Below, piece by piece: positions 57,016-59,656 of a DNA stretch of 59,656 nucleotides. The stretch is from a virus (Duplodnaviria; Caudoviricetes). Positions within the stretch are counted from its first letter, which is position 1. Each line of letters begins with the position of its first letter. Where the stretch lies: positions 1 through 59,656 of IMG/VR virus record IMGVR_UViG_3300009499_000123; one strand, given 5' to 3'. Made by a program: the position numbers and the translations under genes. The notes beneath the pieces were generated by a model. The model was not told where the DNA came from and searched no databases. It saw only the letters and a list, made by a program, of their open reading frames with translations.

Positions 57016-58577
57016 GTGGCCCTCCGGATGCGGCTGCGCTCGGCCATGCCGTAGAGGTAGTCCAGGCTGTCGAAGCGGTAGCTCTCGAATTCGAGGCCGT
57101 TGTGATCGGCCAAATGGATGCCCGACTGGCCGAAGTCCAGACGCGGCAGCAGGTAGTAGTCCAGCGGCGCTTGATTCGTTTCGTCGAGCCGGACGGCGAC
57201 CGTGATGTCGGGCGTCAGGCTGGTGTCGAAGCGCACCTTCCAGCGGCGGCGGTCGTTGTCGAGCAACTGGCAGCGCGAGAGCACCAGCGAGACGGTGAAC
57301 TCGTGGTTGACCGTGAGCAGGTCGGTCGCCGGATCGCGCGCGACCATTCCGCCGACGTCTGCGATCATCCGCTCCGTCTGGCCAACGATTTCCGGGTGCA
57401 GGCGGCGCAGAAACTGGTTGACCTCCAGATACTGGTAGTCCCGATCCGGCGTGAAGCCGACTGTCTGGTATGCGCGGATCAGGCTGCCGAAGCGGTGCGC
57501 GTAGGCCGCCGCCGAGGGCATGCCTTCGGACTCGTTGATGATCAGGCCGGAGAGGTAGCCGTGCTGCTGGAACAAGCGGCGTAGCTTTTCGATCAGCTCC
57601 TCGTTGCTGAAGCGGTGCGCGCGCTCGCGCAGGATGCCCTGTGCTGTGTAGAACAAATCGGGCGGCACGATGCCTTCGAACGCGCCTTCCTTCTTGATCC
57701 ACATCTCCGGCTGGTTCACCACCCGCACCTTCTTGAGCTTGAAGGAGCGCCGGTTGTAGACGTTGTTGCCGATGTACTTTTCGTTCGACAGCACCTCGCG
57801 CACCGTGGCCCGAGTCCACGCACGGCCCAGGTCGGTGAGAATGCCCTGGGTATTGAGCCGGTCGGCGATTTCCGACTCGAACAGGCCGCCCTCGACGAAC
57901 CAGCGGTAGATCTGGTTGACGACGGCGACTTCGTTGTCCGGACCGGGCTGCAAGATCACGCGGTCGGTTTGCAGGCTCTTGTGCTCGCCGCGTGACAGCT
58001 GCCCCTTCACCGCGCCGGACTGGTCGATCAGCACGCGGCGCAGACCGTAGCCCGCTGGCCCGCCTTGCCGGAAGCCGAGTTCGATCAGGCGGCACTGCCC
58101 GGCGAACACCTTGGCCGATAGCTCCCGGCTGTACTCGCCCGCCATCGCGCGCTTGACGCCCTTGACGATGGTGGACACCGGCGAGCCATCGTTCTCGAAC
58201 TGCTCGGCGCAGTAGGCGACCTGGATGCCGGCGCGGCGGCAGACGTATTCGTAATAGGCGCTTTCGTCAGCATCCTGGAACCGGCCCCAGCGGCTCACGT
58301 CATAGACCAGGATGATCTGGAAGTCCGCGTTGCCTGCCTCGACGTCCTTGATCAGTTGCTGCAAGGCTTGCCGGCCATCGATGCGCAGGCCGCTCTTTCC
58401 CTCGTCGGCGTAGGTGCGGACGATTTCGATGCCCCGCCGCTGGGCGTACTCGCGGATCTTGTCGGCCTGGTTCTCGGTCGAGTACTGCTGGTGCTCGGTC
58501 GACATCCGAACGTACTCGGCGGCGCGGAACACTGCCGGGCGATCCGGCAGATCTATTGCTGGCTCTTCTGGCTGCAT
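57012..58577 (-). CDS. Large serine recombinase (second)
   Basis: YVRMSTEHQQYS..Q, DEGKSG, DVSRWGR, EYSRELS, GYG and EKYIG. Confidence 0.93.
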   Translation of the reverse strand: MQPEEPAIDLPDRPAVFRAAEYVRMSTEHQQYSTENQADKIREYAQRRGIEIVRTYADEGKSGLRIDGRQALQQLIKDVEAGNADFQIILVYDVSRWGRFQDADESAYYEYVCRRAGIQVAYCAEQFENDGSPVSTIVKGVKRAMAGEYSRELSAKVFAGQCRLIELGFRQGGPAGYGLRRVLIDQSGAVKGQLSRGEHKSLQTDRVILQPGPDNEVAVVNQIYRWFVEGGLFESEIADRLNTQGILTDLGRAWTRATVREVLSNEKYIGNNVYNRRSFKLKKVRVVNQPEMWIKKEGAFEGIVPPDLFYTAQGILRERAHRFSNEELIEKLRRLFQQHGYLSGLIINESEGMPSAAAYAHRFGSLIRAYQTVGFTPDRDYQYLEVNQFLRRLHPEIVGQTERMIADVGGMVARDPATDLLTVNHEFTVSLVLSRCQLLDNDRRRWKVRFDTSLTPDITVAVRLDETNQAPLDYYLLPRLDFGQSGIHLADHNGLEFESYRFDSLDYLYGMAERSRIRRAT

Positions 58578-58752
58578 AGGACCCGATCTCTTTGTTATTG
58601 GGGTTCTTGCTCTCGGGTCAGCCTTTCAATTCATAGGTCGGGCCATGGCCGGGGAGGCACGGCCGTGGCGTTTTCCGCCGAAATCGTTCTCATGCAGGGC
58701 GATCGAGGGCACATTTGGGCTCGAAATTAACGAGTCCCAGCCGAAAAGCCCA

Positions 58753-59208
58753 TCACGTCCTCTCTTTGCAAGCGTCCTTTTTGCAAGGGCAGTCGACGCA
58801 CACGGGGGTGATTTCGACGACCAATGCTTTACTGTTGGACGCGTCAGTCCTTCTTGTCGGCGTGATCCTGTACAGCCCAGGGGGCAGTGAAGGTGTCCAG
58901 CACACGTCCATCTTTGCAAGGGAATGGGTGTTGCCAGATTGATCTGCCCGTTGCCGATCTCGATTGCGTTCCGCATACTCTGGGTGGGCGTCGCGATAGT
59001 TGCGCCAGTAGTCTGGATGGCGCTCAAGCCACGCTCGCTGGGCATCACGCTGGTTGCCCCGGTAGTCAGGGTCGGATTGCAGCTTATTGTGATGCCACTG
59101 GCGTTTTCGGGCGCGTTGGCACTCTGACAATGAACAGTAGGTCTGGTTCGGAGCTTGTGGGCGTGGCAGGAAAGTCTGGCCACAGCAGGCGCAGCGCTTG
59201 GTCGTCAT
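58753..59208 (-). CDS. Hypothetical protein with N-terminal Cys4 Zn finger
   Basis: CACCG..F.PRP..YCS..EC..RK; GGAG upstream. Confidence 0.6.
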   Translation of the reverse strand: MTTKRCACCGQTFLPRPQAPNQTYCSLSECQRARKRQWHHNKLQSDPDYRGNQRDAQRAWLERHPDYWRNYRDAHPEYAERNRDRQRADQSGNTHSLAKMDVCWTPSLPPGLYRITPTRRTDASNSKALVVEITPVCVDCPCKKDACKERT

Positions 59209-59545
59209 CAATTTTCTCCATACGAAAAACGTATGGAAACCATGCGTGACGGAGGTGCAGCCCGACCACCAGGAACGGCGTGGCGGCTCGCCAATGCGTT
59301 GTATTGGCGGCAGCGTTAAGGACCGGGGTGAAATTGCAGGTTTGCGGACGCGGGATCAATTCCGCAATCGGGAATCGAACTGGCAGATGATCACGGGCCG
59401 CAAGTTGGATGAGGTGGCGACTTGATTGGCTACCGTTCACGGCATAAACGGTCAGATTTCGCACCCTTTTGCAGCAGTTCGCAGCAGCCATAATGGCCTG
59501 AACTGGCGCGGTTTAGCGCGGGATTCCACCCCACCACCATTTACC

Positions 59546-59577
59546 AAAAGCCCAACCCTTATCGGTTGGGTTTTTTT
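59546..59577 (+). terminator. Rho-independent terminator (probably the displaced native ssrA terminator)
   Basis: CCCAACC-cttatc-GGTTGGG followed by T7, similar to 130-160. Confidence 0.75.
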
Positions 59578-59656
59578 CTGCCTGGAACGCCAGAACTGGC
59601 GAGGTTCCATATCCTGGCCTCTTGAGCACATTCCTCCCGAAGCCATCGTTCCCGGC

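Noticed and set aside
56116-58095. 659-aa ORF as listed in the track
   Set aside because: The upstream part overlaps the recombinase in another frame. The ParB-like protein starts at ATG 57015.

Overview
This GC-rich, betaproteobacterial-looking window holds almost exactly one ~59.4-kb island integrated at the 3' end of tmRNA (ssrA). ssrA ends at 123 and a CCACCA core with a near-copy terminator recurs at 59534-59577. Bases ~409-43800 are an apparently intact temperate phage: a large serine recombinase/DUF2924 module, a CapH/CapP-like (ImmR/ImmA-like) switch, a replication module with a probable iteron origin, an HK97-like head, a Mu-like contractile tail and a lysis cassette. Bases ~43800-55000 are mostly a defence cargo operon: XRE-ImmA fusion plus PIN, a type I R-M system with a (CAAG)15 phase-variable split hsdS, a SLATT plus SMODS nucleotidyltransferase pair, and a COG2958/HrgA-like protein. 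Bases ~55200-59200 hold a second serine recombinase with two ParB/RepB-like genes. The most unusual feature is the tail-fibre locus. The fibre has no globular receptor-binding domain and instead ends in ~41 aa of Pro-Thr/Pro-Ala repeats, 30 consecutive prolines and Gly-Gly. It is followed by a chaperone, an asparagine-synthase-like ATP pyrophosphatase, a small barrel-like protein, a cupin and a prolyl 4-hydroxylase. A glycosyltransferase also sits between the terminase genes. I infer a phage-encoded system that post-translationally modifies the virion, giving an extensin-like hydroxyproline or glycosylated fibre. All product calls come from motif recognition and synteny only; no database searches were run.
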